From: Octopus bimaculoides
Lineage: Eukaryota
Direction: 5' to 3'
Assembly (NCBI RefSeq): GCF_001194135.2
Contig: NC_068987.1
Location: 101,227,830-101,291,754 of the forward strand
Length of the DNA: 63,925 nucleotides
Every line of letters begins with the position of its first letter. The stretch's first letter is position 1. This document shows positions 12,133 through 25,572 of the stretch, piece after piece. A model generated the notes under the pieces. That model worked only from the letters and a program-made list of their open reading frames with translations, did not search any database and was not told the DNA's origin. Position numbers and translations under genes: made by a program.

Positions 12133-12931
12133 GTATATATATATATATATATATATACACTCACATACACACACACACACATATATATATATATGTATGT
12201 GTGTATGTGCATGTGTACATAGAAGCATGCATACATACATACATACATACATACACAGATACATCGAAACAAATTTGCATTGTAGGGAAAGTGGAGCTTA
12301 TCGAGTTTTGTACATTGGTCTGTTAGCAAAGATCTTCTATCCATAGAAACAGAGTTACTGCACGTTGTTCAAAATGACATCTGTGATTATAGATAATTCA
12401 ATACGAATAAAGTAATAAGGCGAAAAATAAAGAACCGAACATAGCACACAAACACACATACATATATGCATATGCATACATATACATACATATATACAGA
12501 CGTATATGTATAGATAGATGAAAAAGAGAAAAACAAAGAGTGATGAAGTGAAGAGAGAAAGACAGAACTGAAAGAGAAGGGGAATCAATAAAGGTATTGA
12601 TAAAAGAGAAATAATAATAAATTTTAACTATCCTGCAAATAGCAAATAAATACCGCAAGAGATGATTGCAATTAAACGCGACAACGGTAACAACCACAAT
12701 GATAAGAACAATAGTACCACAGCAATATTAACAACGATATCATTCACAGTTAAAATGGCAGCGATAACTGACTCGTAAATACAACTTCACCACAAGCATT
12801 AAGTAGAATACAATAGGACATACACTCATACAGACACAGATAGACTTACACACACTATCAAATACATACACGCATACACACACAGACGGATAATTGAACG
12901 TATGTATATATATATGTGCATACAAACACGC

Positions 12932-13016
<85 letters not shown>

Positions 13017-13342
13017 TACAAGCACGCATATATATATAGACATGAATAGTTCTGTGTGTCAATGTGCATGTATGCGCGAATGCGTGATGCAGTATTGTGT
13101 ATATATATTTATATATAATATATGCCTGTTTATATTTATATATATGTACACATACATACATATAATATGCATATAGTACACTCGATATATATATGTGCTT
13201 GTATGTATGAATATGTATATATGTAGTTATACATAGAGGTATCTGTCTATCTACCTCTCTCTACGGCTATATATACACACACACATAAGTGCATATTTGC
13301 ACACACACACACACATATATATATATACATATATATACGTAC

Positions 13343-13395
<53 letters not shown>

Positions 13396-13511
13396 NNNNN
13401 NNNNNNNNNNNNNNNNNNNNNNNNNNNNNNNNNNNNNNNNNNNNNNNNNNNNNNNNNNNNNNNNNNNNNNNNNNNNNNNNNNNNNNNNNNNNNNNNNNNN
13501 NTATATATATG

Positions 13512-13552
<41 letters not shown>

Positions 13553-13876
13553 TCAGATATATAATAGTAGTCTTTATTTCACTATACCATTACATCGCTT
13601 TCTCTATCACAGCCTCTTTGCTGATATTTCAATATAGTTAAAATTCTGGGAAACGACAAGATAATTATGATAGAGGTCTGCTATGGAACATTAATAATGG
13701 AACTATTTAGCTATCGAATTACTTTTAATATTATTGCAGACAATATCAGACTGTCTATGTTTGCAATGGTCAATTGTTTCGTCTTGCATAAGAGCAGAAA
13801 ATTATCGCTCATATATGCGTGTGTATCATTTTTATGGATATGAATGTAAATGTGTGTGCGAATGTGTGTGAGTGTA

Positions 13877-13915
<39 letters not shown>

Positions 13916-15224
13916 GAGTATGTATGTGTATTGCATATTCTTGCTTCAATTTCCATGTGAGACTGTGCACATTTGTGTATATTTCTGCATGCATATGAGT
14001 GTGTATAAATATATGGTAAAATTGCTAATGCCAGCTTCTGTGAGAACATCAATATGTTTGCTGTTGCATTTATTTATTTATTTATGTGTTTCAGCCAAGT
14101 GGCTGCGGTCATGCTGGTGCACCACCGTGTGTTTCTGAATGCGTATTTATGTCCGTGTCATAAGTATTATACCAGGTTTGGTAAATAAATATATGTGCTT
14201 GAGTGTATGTGTTTGAGTGTATGACTCTATCCATAGTACTGAATCTCTCATAGACAGATGCATACTTGCAAACGCAAATTCAGATACATGCATACACACC
14301 TACGCATATATCATCAAACGCAAATAGAGATACATGCATACACATACACATACACATATATCATCAAACAGGTTCCAAAGCGGCTGGTGTTGGTCTGCAT
14401 CAGCAAAACATATGTAGTATCATCGATAAAAGAGTACAGTGTTGTTGCCTTGAGGAATGGAGAAATCGAACGTTTCGGGCTGCGTTCTTCTTCAAGGAAA
14501 AGATATAAAGAGAGAAATGAATAAGAGACAGCAGAGTATATTTTTAACTTAAAGAATGTAAAGCTCTACTGCCTCTCATTCAGCTTTTCCACTAAAATGC
14601 ACAGAAAGAAACTTTGGATTTTCCACTATACACTGCAAATATCTGTACTTTTAACGATCTTACTAACACACAGAAATACACGTACACACTGTCATACGAA
14701 TACTTTGACTCCGAAGGCAAAGCAATGACAGAATTGCTCAGCAAATGTAGACTGTATGATTTATCGTCTCTGATTAATTATCCTTATTGTTTTAGATGCT
14801 CTCGCCAGTTTCGTTAACCCTGTGAAAAAAAACATTTTCGGTTTTTCTCCCCTCCCTAATTCATGTATATGCGTGGGGGCTCAGATTGGCCAAATGGTAC
14901 GGCATATCCAGCAAACATAATTTTGTATAAGCTTCAGGTGAGTAAAATTGTGACTAAAATTGGGTTGAGGGAAACTGTATAACGTCTCGGCGAATAGACT
15001 GTTCTTGTAATTCAAAATGTACACCCTTGTCACGCATTTTGTGATGCTGCAAGGGAATTGCGTGAGGAGCAATAGTCTGAGATATGACAGTCTCTCACAC
15101 GTTAATTCAGGAGCAGCTAATCTTGTTCATCGAACAAATGAATCTTCATCGTCGAACGACAGAGGTCCACAATCAGTCTGTGTACGCATGCGTATATGTG
15201 TGTGAATATGTGTGATTGTGCGTT

Positions 15225-15272
<48 letters not shown>

Positions 15273-15896
15273 NNNNNNNNNNATGTGTGTGTCTGTGTGT
15301 ACCTTACTGGCACTAACATCAAAATGACATCTAAACCGCTTTTTACACTGTCAATTGATAGCTGAAACGTCAGGTTTATATTTTTTCATGAAACTTCGAA
15401 GTACCTGTCATCTTTTTTTATAATAAATACTTGATACTAAATCTTGCACTGGGTTTTTCGTTCAGTAAATTTGTGTTGTTTTATGCATTTAAGAATAGAC
15501 ACAGAAACACGCGCACACACGCACGCATACACACACACACATACACACACGCACACACACTGCATGTATGAGCATTCACACACTTATAGACACATAACAC
15601 ATAGCTACATAATAGATATATAATCTACACTTACATATGCATACAAAGATACACCTATACAGACACATACTCACATACACACACACCCACACACATATAT
15701 ATATACGGATACATACATACATACATACATACATGCATATATATATATATATATATATATTTATACACTCTATATTTGCATATATGTTTATCTATTTATC
15801 TCTCTATCAATATGTGTGAGCGTGCGTACGTGTGTGCGTCTGTGTATGTGTATGTCTCTTTCTCTTTCTCTCTGTATACATATATGTATATATATG

Positions 15897-15955
<59 letters not shown>

Positions 15956-16007
15956 GCTCTCTCTCACACGCACGCACACACGCACACACACATATATATA
16001 CACACAC

Positions 16008-16055
<48 letters not shown>

Positions 16056-16317
16056 ATTTTGGGGCCTTTGCTTTTTTTTCTCATAAAATATTTTGCGTTA
16101 ATGATATATAAATATATATATTTTTTTACAGTTATCTACAGATATCAGTATATATTTTTACACATTGTTTTAATGATGCTTCTGTCCATTCTTCATATTC
16201 TTTTTGCGTGAAGGGAAAGATATTCAGTCTTCATTTGTTGGAAGAATGACTAAGATGCATGGTGTAATACCGAAAATAGAAGCTAGGACTTTAGAATGAA
16301 AGAAATGTGTTAAAAAC

Positions 16318-16355
16318 GAACGGTTGCCACACAATGAACGGTTGCCACACAATGA
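16318..16355. repeat. 18-bp tandem duplication
   Basis: gaacggttgccacacaat twice. Confidence 0.9.
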
Positions 16356-18591
16356 CGTGGCGCATTGAAAGCAACGTCAAGGTTTAGTCTAATGTTTTTG
16401 CAAACTCATACGGTCTCATAGGAGAAATTGAAGGACTACATTGGACGTTCACCAGCAAAGTAACGGCGGTCAAATGCCTTAATTACTGGGAAGGTCAGAA
16501 ATCTCTGCGTCTCTATTCTCTTGAACGCCGAAGAAAGGTGCAATATCGTTCACGTATTTAAAATCCCGGAGAAGCAGCCTTCGGTATTAAATAGAATTTT
16601 AGTACACGAAAAGGTAGATACAGTCAGCTTCCAAATATACCACGTCCGAAATAACGGAAAAAACACAAACATAAAAATTGTATTGTACCAGTTTGATATT
16701 TAGAAGTCCTCAATTGTTCAACTGCCATCGTAAATAAATCAGAAATATAAAAATGACCACGACTGAAACATTCAAAATCACTGGATAAACTCCTAACAAC
16801 GAGACTAGACCAGGCAACCATTCAAGGATACGCTTAATGAAGATCAGCTGCTACACACTCAATCACAAACCAACCTCCGGTTATAAAGCGACAATAAAAT
16901 TGAAAGAAAATAAATTAAGTCCCGTGACTGAAATCATTAGAATAACAAAAGAATAAAAGAACTGCAAATCTTTTCCGTACCGGGCTAGTATAATTAATTT
17001 TTAGAAGTAGCAATGAATTACAATAATTTCACACTAATATTGAGTTTGGTGATTTTGTGAGCACATAACTTTGTCTTTGTCTATGGAGTATCTTGGAACT
17101 AAGACTAGGGTCAACGGTGACACCTTAGTACTCCGAATATTCACAATACTGAAGAGGTGTTCTAAATCAGATTACTTCGAGTTGGCGCTTTGCTTCACAG
17201 TTTTTATGTAAAATATTCATTTATGCCATACATTGAGAATGTGGTAGTTTTCTTCATAATATGACTGAAGTACATCGAAGAATGCTGTTAGTGTTTCCTC
17301 CAATATTCAGATATGTGTATGTTGTAAAGTAGCATACGAACAATCTGCATACTCAAATTGTAAGAGCTATCACTTCCTGGTTTGCCGTTTGGAAGGTTGC
17401 ATACTTGGATTGTTGCCTGGATGGGACGTTGATTGCTTAGAATTAACTAGTTTGTCTATTCTTCGTACTGTTCTGTTCAAGGATTCGGCGCTCAAAAATC
17501 TGAGGACGTGGACGTGAAGAGAGATCTGCCTTTAACTTGATAAGTTTAATTGGCTGAGATGTGTTATCATGTGAGCTTTTCCCGGATTTTAGGTAGCTTA
17601 TATTTCGTCAAGCAATGATTATACAGCTATAGAAGTCACATTTTCCCTCAGGTCTCAAATAAATGATCTGCTCTGTTGTAAAGTCATTCAATCCTATTTC
17701 TTATTCCAGTCTTGAAATTGCTGTTCGCAACTTTTCCATTAAGTGCTGCTTTTGTGTAACAAATTATTTATTGTACTTGCTAGGGCTTTATTTACTTTCC
17801 TACCTTTTCCCATTTTTACAATACACAAGAAGTTGTTTGTAACATGATTTATAGTGACTTCTGGTTGTTGAGGTAGAAGTTTAAGACCAACACAGACGGC
17901 ATTTTTGTTGTTTTTTGATAAATCTGTAAACTCAAAAAATATATCCGCAATTTTCGCACTTGGAAAATACAACTAAAGGACTGGCAGATATTGTATCCTC
18001 TCTGTCAGATTTAAATCAGTCATAACTTTAGATTACAAACGCAGATAAGATTTTCCCTTGCTTCAGCTTTGCATTGAATTTGAATTCGTCGGTTGCAACA
18101 CTGTTTTTCATAAGGTTACTTGGATACTCCCAATATCTAAACATAGGCATATTTATCTACTACATTATCACCAGGAAATGCGCATTTGGAATTTGGAATA
18201 TGCGCACTATTTGAATCATGTAGGACACAGAACTCATTGGTAAATTAATATCTAAAGCAATGAAAGTCCATAAATATATTGTTTTGAAATTAAAGAAATC
18301 TGATCTATTGACGAAGTAGAATCTGACAGAACTTAGGATCAATTTAATATCGAGGTCTTCCATTTCAGAGTTGAGGTTTTGATCTAATAATTCATTGGGA
18401 CTGGTTTAATGAAAATGATCTACAGCTCACTAAACTTCCTTAGGTTCAAAACATGTTGCACTGAAAATATCTCAGTGCACCAGAAAAGGGTCAAGCGTTT
18501 TAATTTAGTCTCTAAGTGGGATATTTGAAAAAAAAAAGATATTTGAAAAAAAAAAGAAAACATTCAGTAAAAAATCGATAACACTACATCG

Positions 18592-18724
18592 CTTAATAAG
18601 TCCTCAGTCTTCAGTCTTAATAAGTCCTCAGTCTTAATAAGTCCTCAGTCTTCAGTCTTAATAAGTCCTCAGTCCTCAGTCTTAATAAGTCCTCAGTCTT
18701 AGCAAGTCTTCAGTCCTCAGTCTT
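18592..18724. repeat. Composite minisatellite of CTTAATAAGT and C(C/T)TCAGT units
   Basis: Direct reading; mixed 17- and 24-bp periods. Confidence 0.9.
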
Positions 18725-18729
18725 CATTT

Positions 18730-19390
18730 GTGATACCACTCAAGTCTAAGGACGCTTCCCTTCTCTCCAAGGATCATGAGGGTACCATGAATCGTTGGAT
18801 TAGGCATTGCACATTCTTTTTACAATTCCTCAGCTATCGATGGAAATGTCATCAATAATCTACCTCGAAATATTATTATCCTTGAAATGATGGACCATTC
18901 CAATATCAGTGAGATCAGTTATCCTATAACTGTTTCTTTCGCTTTCCGGGAATGCAACACAGCATCTTCGTTTGCTTCAGAACTATACATAATCTATTTG
19001 ATCTAACACGCTTCAACTCAAAATTAAACTTGTAACCAATCGACGATTCAATGCAAAAGTCCATCCCTTTTTTTCGTGATCTCTTATATATTATCGATGT
19101 GGACTGCATTGAGATGAAGATTTGAAGGTAACAGAAAGTCAATCGGTTTGGAAGGAAGTAATCTACAATAGTTGTAAACCATTTCAAAGACAGAAGATCG
19201 AATGCTCCACTATGGAATGCGCAGTTCGTGAACAGGACTTGACCTCAATTCCAGGCACTTTTTGCGAGAAAACTTTTGTAATATCTGCTGTATGGTCTGT
19301 TTGTCCAAATAAAGACTTGCTGGTCATATGGAATCACATGACGGCATAAGCTAATTAAAGAGATGGACTTCTTGTGTGAAGAAGTGGTAA
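18730..19390 (+). mobile_element. RTE-clade LINE ORF2 relic with internal deletion
   Basis: VIPLKSKDASLLSKDHEGTMNRWIRH...NSSAIDGNVINNLPRNII resembles the RTE EN-RT linker. DEDLKVTE...EQDLTS...VIS-LLYG resembles the RT C-terminal region. Many stops and frameshifts. Confidence 0.6.
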
Positions 19391-19941
19391 TCACTGTTCG
19401 TAGGTACATACGCAAACCACACGCACATACATATATATATATGGCTTGCACTCCTAGTCAGCGGGGTGGCGTCATTTGCATACTATAACAATGTGAGGAA
19501 GTACATTGTAACCAGCGGTGTATAACAAAATAGGATAGCCTGGCTGATACAGTGATATATATATATAAATTAAAATTCAGAAAATTGAGATGTAGCATTA
19601 ATATAATTTATTAACTGCAAGCATTCAACATATTCTCTTACAGCTGTTTCGATTTTGCCCAAAGAATTAAATTTCAGTAATCAAAAACATTATATTGGGA
19701 AATCTCTCATCAGAGGAGTAGAAAAGACATACTGATAGGTTATTAGATGTTATGCTACCAAAACGTCTCAACATACATACATACATACATACATACATAC
19801 ATACATACATACATACATACATACATACACACATATACATAGGTTTGGTGATGCAAACAGGAAAAAAATAGACCTCAAAATATAAGTTTATGTATATTTT
19901 TTATTAATATCTAGCAGAAGCAACAGAGTGACTCAAGGGCC

Positions 19942-19997
19942 GAGATTTTCGTGCGTTGGCACTTACTAGTTTGATATGTGCCAACGCACGAAACTCT
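19942..19997. other. Isolated hairpin with perfect 16-bp stem
   Basis: tttcgtgcgttggcac (19947-19962) is the exact reverse complement of gtgccaacgcacgaaa (19978-19993); 15-nt loop. Confidence 0.9.
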
Positions 19998-20042
19998 TTA
20001 CACTTGAGTCATTCTGTTGCTCCTGCTAAATATTAATAATTA

Positions 20043-20079
<37 letters not shown>

Positions 20080-20829
20080 GTGCGTGCGTGCGCCCGCGTG
20101 TGTGTAGATATAAATATATACACACAGGCGGGCGCATGTGAGCGAGCAGTCTGCCTAAAAGTGAGCAAATTTCAACAAAATTATTGTTTTACTTCGAATT
20201 TTGATATACAGATTTCTTAGATTTCACGGTAACACATTTTGAAGGCTGGCACGTAAGTTTCCTTTGAATTCTCTTTGATTGATTCTATCGTTTGTATTCG
20301 GCAAACGTTCAGATAAAGCTTCAGCTTTGAGACAGAAATATGACTGCAGAAGCAAAATCCGATGAATAGATAGACTGGAGGATGAGATTTATCTGAAGCT
20401 TTGTCAGATATCAATGATAATATCAAATGCGTGGACGGGAGAGTTGCCATGGTACTGTATCCAGGCCTTTATATCATTGCCACAGGTTTCTTTCTTAAGA
20501 CTGCCCCGATCAAACGCCAGAGGAAGTGTTTCCCCTTTCTTTCTTAATCAGTCAACAAATGGCAAAACTTTTGCTACTACGCGACGCATTTGCAACTATT
20601 ATCAAATGAGTTATACAGAAGCCTATTTGATCTCTTAACTTGTTCTAAATAACACCGAGGTATATTTAAAATAACACCCTACTGCTATATAAAAAAATAA
20701 CTCGTTGAAGCCAGAAAACCCCTTGTTGTTCAAGAAAAATGTAAATGCGTGGTGATCCTATCTTTTGTGTTGATGATATATCTTATGACAGAAATATTTG
20801 TTTCACATTTTGGCTCAAAGACAGCAGTT

Positions 20830-21007
20830 TCAGAGAAGCGGATGAATCGATTACATCGAACCCAGTTCTCAACTGGTACTTATTTTATAAACCCTGAAAG
20901 AATTAATGTCAAAGTCGACCTCGTCGGAATTTTAACACACAACGCAAAGACGGATGAAATGACGCTAAGCATTTTTCCTGGTGTGCTAAGGATTCTGCCA
21001 GCTCGCC
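20830..21007 (-). mobile_element. SINE main family
   Basis: Reverse complement starts ggcgagctggcagaatccttagcacacc and matches the other copies. Confidence 0.85.
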
Positions 21008-21520
21008 GGTTTATGGGATGATAGAAATATTAAGAATACCATCTCTGGTAATGATATTGAAAACATCCCCAGAGCCCATATAGTTAAGTGCAGCCTAATA
21101 TACTTACCGTAGAGGAACCAAAAGAGTTTTAACCCGTCGAAACGAAAGTAATTATCTTTAACATTGATGGAACTTCTACTAATTACAGATATGCGATTTC
21201 AATTCATTAAAATTAATCTTGATTCACCTACATTGAACATGTTGAACTGGACTTACCGTCCGTACGTCTTTGGGCTCTCAGCGTACAAATATTCGTTGTG
21301 CTAAACGTATCTAAATTTGGGCGGAGCCCATCATTCTTCAGGTTTGATCACAACTAATCTTTGTTCTTTTCTCAAAGAGTAAGAAGTAACGACCCTAGTA
21401 AAAGATTGGTACTTTATCGACAACGAAATGAGAAATATAAAAAAAAAAATGGAATTTGACTTCAGCGGCATTTGAACTGAGATCGTACAGACTGAATGAG
21501 ATTCTAGATGTATCTATTCT

Positions 21521-21727
21521 TTTCTACTCTAGGTACAAGGCCTGAAAGTTTGGGGGAGGCGGGGGCCACTCGATTAGATCGACCACATTACACAACTGGT
21601 ACTTAATTTATCGACCCCGAAAGGATGAAAAGCAAAGTCGACGGAATTTGAACTCGGAACGTAAAGACAGACGAAATACCGTTAAGCATTTCGCCCGGCG
21701 TGCTAACGACTCTGCCAGCTCGCCACC
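21521..21727 (-). mobile_element. SINE main family with 19-bp TSD
   Basis: Full head to tail. TSD ttctagatgtatctattct at 21502-21520 and 21728-21746. Confidence 0.92.
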
Positions 21728-21966
21728 TTCTAGATGTATCTATTCTGAATGAGATTCTACATGTATCCATTCTACTCTTCTTAATGGCTTCAAATGTTCT
21801 TTTTTTTCTTTGGTTTTTGGCGTTTCTTTTGTTTCGTAGTTTTTACCATATATATGTTATTGTTTAGGTCGTTGTTCCTGCCGCTACTTTTGCTGTTGTT
21901 GTACCACAAAGAATGCCTATGATTTTAAGTTTACATGAGCAACAATAACGATAGTAACAACAAAAA

Positions 21967-22005
<39 letters not shown>

Positions 22006-22572
22006 CAACTATAACGAAATTGGGTGGGAAATTTAGTCAGATAATTCGTCGCTGCAAACAGTGGCAGCATTGTAAAATTGACGAGTGTTTCTTCTGTTGC
22101 ACTGAGTTCAAAGCCACCTGTCAGCTTGGGTCTTGAGGGTAACGTTACTAATCACACTATTGATGTATCTCTATTTCACACTACGGACTCCACACCATCC
22201 TACGCCCATTAAACCGCATCACCGCCAAACCAAGACCACTCTCTAGTACTTACAGGAATTAACGACCTATAGTAGAAGGTCATTAATTCTCAAAGCTAAA
22301 TATCTCTTTGATGTTTTATTCATTGATTGTCGTCATACAGCTCACAGGCAACAATGTTTAGCTGTGTTATTTAGGAATAGGCTTCGGATATATGTGATGT
22401 AATAAATACACAATGTGTATGTAATATAAGCCATCAATTTCAGTCCTTCCCAGATGACGCCTCAACATATTACACATAGTTTTCTTCATCTCTAAATGGT
22501 CTTTGGTGTTTGACTATTCATCGAAAAGATATTTTGATCCCTTGTTAGGTATGAACACACTGGCACTCACAC

Positions 22573-22778
22573 AAGCACTCACACACAGGTATACGCATAA
22601 ACACACTCACACATATAAAGGCTAGCACACACAGACACCTACAAGTACTCACACACAGGTATACGCATAAACACACTCACACATATAAAGGCTAGCACAC
22701 ACAGACACCTACAAGTACTCACACACAGGTATACGCATAAACACACTTACACATATGAAGGCTAACACACACAGACAC
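22573..22778. repeat. 70-bp tandem repeat, about 3 copies
   Basis: actcacacacaggtatacgcataa... recurs at 22577, 22647 and 22717. Confidence 0.93.
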
Positions 22779-23144
22779 ACACGCACACACACACACGCAC
22801 GTAAACACACACACGCAAACACACACACGCACATACACACACGCACGCAAAAACACACACACACACATGTATATAACTTGTAAGTAAAATTTTTTTCCGT
22901 CTTTCTTTATGCCTTTGTCTCTCACTCTCTCTACCCTCATATTTCTCTCTCCTTTTCTTATATGTGGGTGTATGAATATATACATACATATATACATGCA
23001 TAGAGATGTGTGTTTATGTACATATATATCCATATATGTATGCAATTATATATATACATATATATATATAATTCACATATATATACACATATATACATAC
23101 CGTTTTGATATATATGTATATATTTATATACATAAATATACCTA

Positions 23145-23199
<55 letters not shown>

Positions 23200-23202
23200 T
23201 TC

Positions 23203-23338
<136 letters not shown>

Positions 23339-24367
23339 CACACGCACGCACACTCACACACACACACATATATGTATGNNNNNNNNNNNNNNNNNNNNNN
23401 NNNNNNNNNNNNNNNNNNNNNNNNNNNNNNNNNNNNNNNNNNNNNNNNNNNNNNNNNNNNNNNNNNNNNNNNNNNNNNNNNNNNNNNNNNNNNNNNNNNN
23501 NNNNNNNNNNNNNNNNNNNNNNNNNNNNNNNNNNNNNNNNNNNNNNNNNNNNNNNNNNNNNNNNNNNNNNNNNNNNNNNNNNNNNNNNNNNNNNNNNNNN
23601 NNNNNNNNNNNNNNNNNNNNNNNNNNNNNNNNNNNNNNNNNNNNNNNNNNNNNNNNNNNNNNNNNNNNNNNNNNNNNNNNNNNNNNNNNNNNNNNNNNNN
23701 NNNNNNNNGGGGGGGGGGGAGCGTCAGACAAAAAGAGAGACAGTGTTAAATACTTCGGTATTAAATTCTTCAGTGCAAAAGTAATAATACTTGTGTTATT
23801 GCGCAAATGAAACAAAACTAGGGCCAAATTTTCAGACAGGGTAAATACAAAATTCATCTAATCCTTTCAATATGTATCGAATTGGTTTGTTATATTCCTA
23901 TCGCAATAAAATTAGTCATGCATGATATAATGTGTGTATGCTTCGTTGTGTGTATGCACGTATGTGCACGCACATTTGTGTTTGAGTGTGAGGGTGTGAG
24001 TGAGGGAGAGAGAGCATAATTGCGTGTAAATGCAATTATATGTTGTATGCATGCATCACTGAGACACAGAAGGTATCATGTTTTCTCGTACTGTTTTTGT
24101 TGCCGCTTATCCCAGATCCTAAGTGAGCAAACTATAAGCCAATTTCATTGTAGCTGCAATAATGCAGTTTCTTTCGATGTGAAAACTAACACAAGGTCAC
24201 GCTATTGTTGTTTTTTGTTTTCTTTTTTAACTTGTTTTAATGTAGTATGCTGCAATGAGGGAGAGATTTGCTCGGTATTTGAAACAGATAGAGCAAACCG
24301 CGTGAAGGTGAGCGTGTTATATATTACTATACAACAGTGAATTTGAAACATAGCATGACTGATATTC

Positions 24368-24705
24368 GGAGACCCTCTTCGGTCACGAATGACCATGGGA
24401 TTGAACCTAGAAAGTTACCATCCGAGGCACAAGTCCAGGCAAGGTTGTTTAAGGAAAACCAGCAGTTGCCCATGCATACCAGCCTCCCTTCTCCACGCCA
24501 CCGATGTTAGCAAAGGGAATGCAAAGGGGCCGATACAGCTTGGCATCAGTGACGTCATAACTCATTTCTACAGCTGAGTGATCTGGAGCAACGTGAAATA
24601 AAGTGTCTTGCTCAAGAACACAACACACAGCCCGGTCCAGAAATCAAACTCACAACCTCACGATCGAAAGCTCGACGCTCTAACCACTGAGCCATGCGCC
24701 TTCAC
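24368..24705 (-). mobile_element. tRNA-derived SINE, second family, full length
   Basis: Minus head gaaggcgcatggctcagtggttagagcg...gtgagtttgattt (A/B-box-like) with a central cttgagcaagacact domain. Imperfect TSD tgactga(t/c)att at 24356-24366 and 24706-24716. Confidence 0.85.
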
Positions 24706-24805
24706 TGACTGACATTATGAAACAGAATACTAAAGGAAAATCTTCCTACCATTTGAACTCAGACATATTGATACTCGTCTTTCTATATTTACGTACGAAT
24801 GCATA

Positions 24806-25572
24806 GATGCTCTGATCAATAAGTATCCGGACTGTTGTGATAGCAACTAAACGAAAGCATGCAGAGTGAAGCCACTTGGCACAGGTTCACCTTTATCAAT
24901 CCTGTATATGTTCCCTAAGTTTTAACGTTCTAGCTCACTTCAACTACTTACAGCAGTGCTTGGAACAAACGTGAGTAGCGAATGATTGTCACATCAGACA
25001 TGACAATGTTGATCAAAGAATCTGTTTCAAATGTTGCCAAAAGCTTGCCTATACCTGCTCAGAAGCCTACCCAAATCTTCAGTGCTAATGGACTGAACTG
25101 AACCGTAACAAATCTTCACATCCTCAGATAACTCATGGATTGTGATTCGACGATTTCCCCGCACAGCCGCACATACATCTGCGATGATTTTCTCAGTTCT
25201 GCTGGTCACGGGTCTCCCAAATGGTAGGAAGATTTTCCTTATCGACATTTTTCGGCCATGTTGGAAACATGTGAACCCCTCATACACGTGTGTGCAGCTC
25301 ATACGCTCCTCTCCATACACTTTCTGCAATCTTGTGTAGGCCTCTGAGCAGATATCGCCATGACAACTTTCTCTGTCATGGTCAATGCGACGATCACACG
25401 CTAACACCTTCATTCCAAGCACTGCTGTAAACAGGGGATGTGAGCTACAACGTTATAATTTAATGTGCATCCATAACAGCGTTCAAGGTCAATCTGTGCC
25501 AAGCGGCGTTACTTTGCGTGCTTTAGCTTCGTTACTATAGCAAAAGACCGGGTACTTATTGATCACACCTCG
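24806..25572. mobile_element. Non-autonomous mariner derivative made of two inverted 5' ends (copy 1)
   Basis: TA-flanked, long imperfect inverted arms. + arm encodes DQRICFKCCQKLAYTCSEAY. - arm encodes LQKVYGEE...GRPVTSRTEK...NRRITIHELSEDVKICYGSVQSISTEDLG, the mariner N-terminal HTH region. Confidence 0.85.

Noticed and set aside
11972-16211. Many [16 protein letters not shown] ORFs here and across the window
   Set aside because: Translations of (TA)n, (CA)n and (CT)n microsatellites.
17100-18450. Possible old Penelope or LINE relic on the minus strand
   Set aside because: Only vague motif resemblance; no diagnostic motif survived.
21100-21340. Two minus-strand GGTAAGT donor sites
   Set aside because: No convincing acceptor or open exon could be paired with either.
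18592-22778. Tandem arrays at 18592 and 22573 (and 11022) as CRISPR-like arrays
   Set aside because: No unique spacers, no cas genes, and a eukaryotic context.
24600-24705. tRNA gene
   Set aside because: The tRNA-like segment is the head of a SINE with body, tail and TSD; there is no complete cloverleaf.
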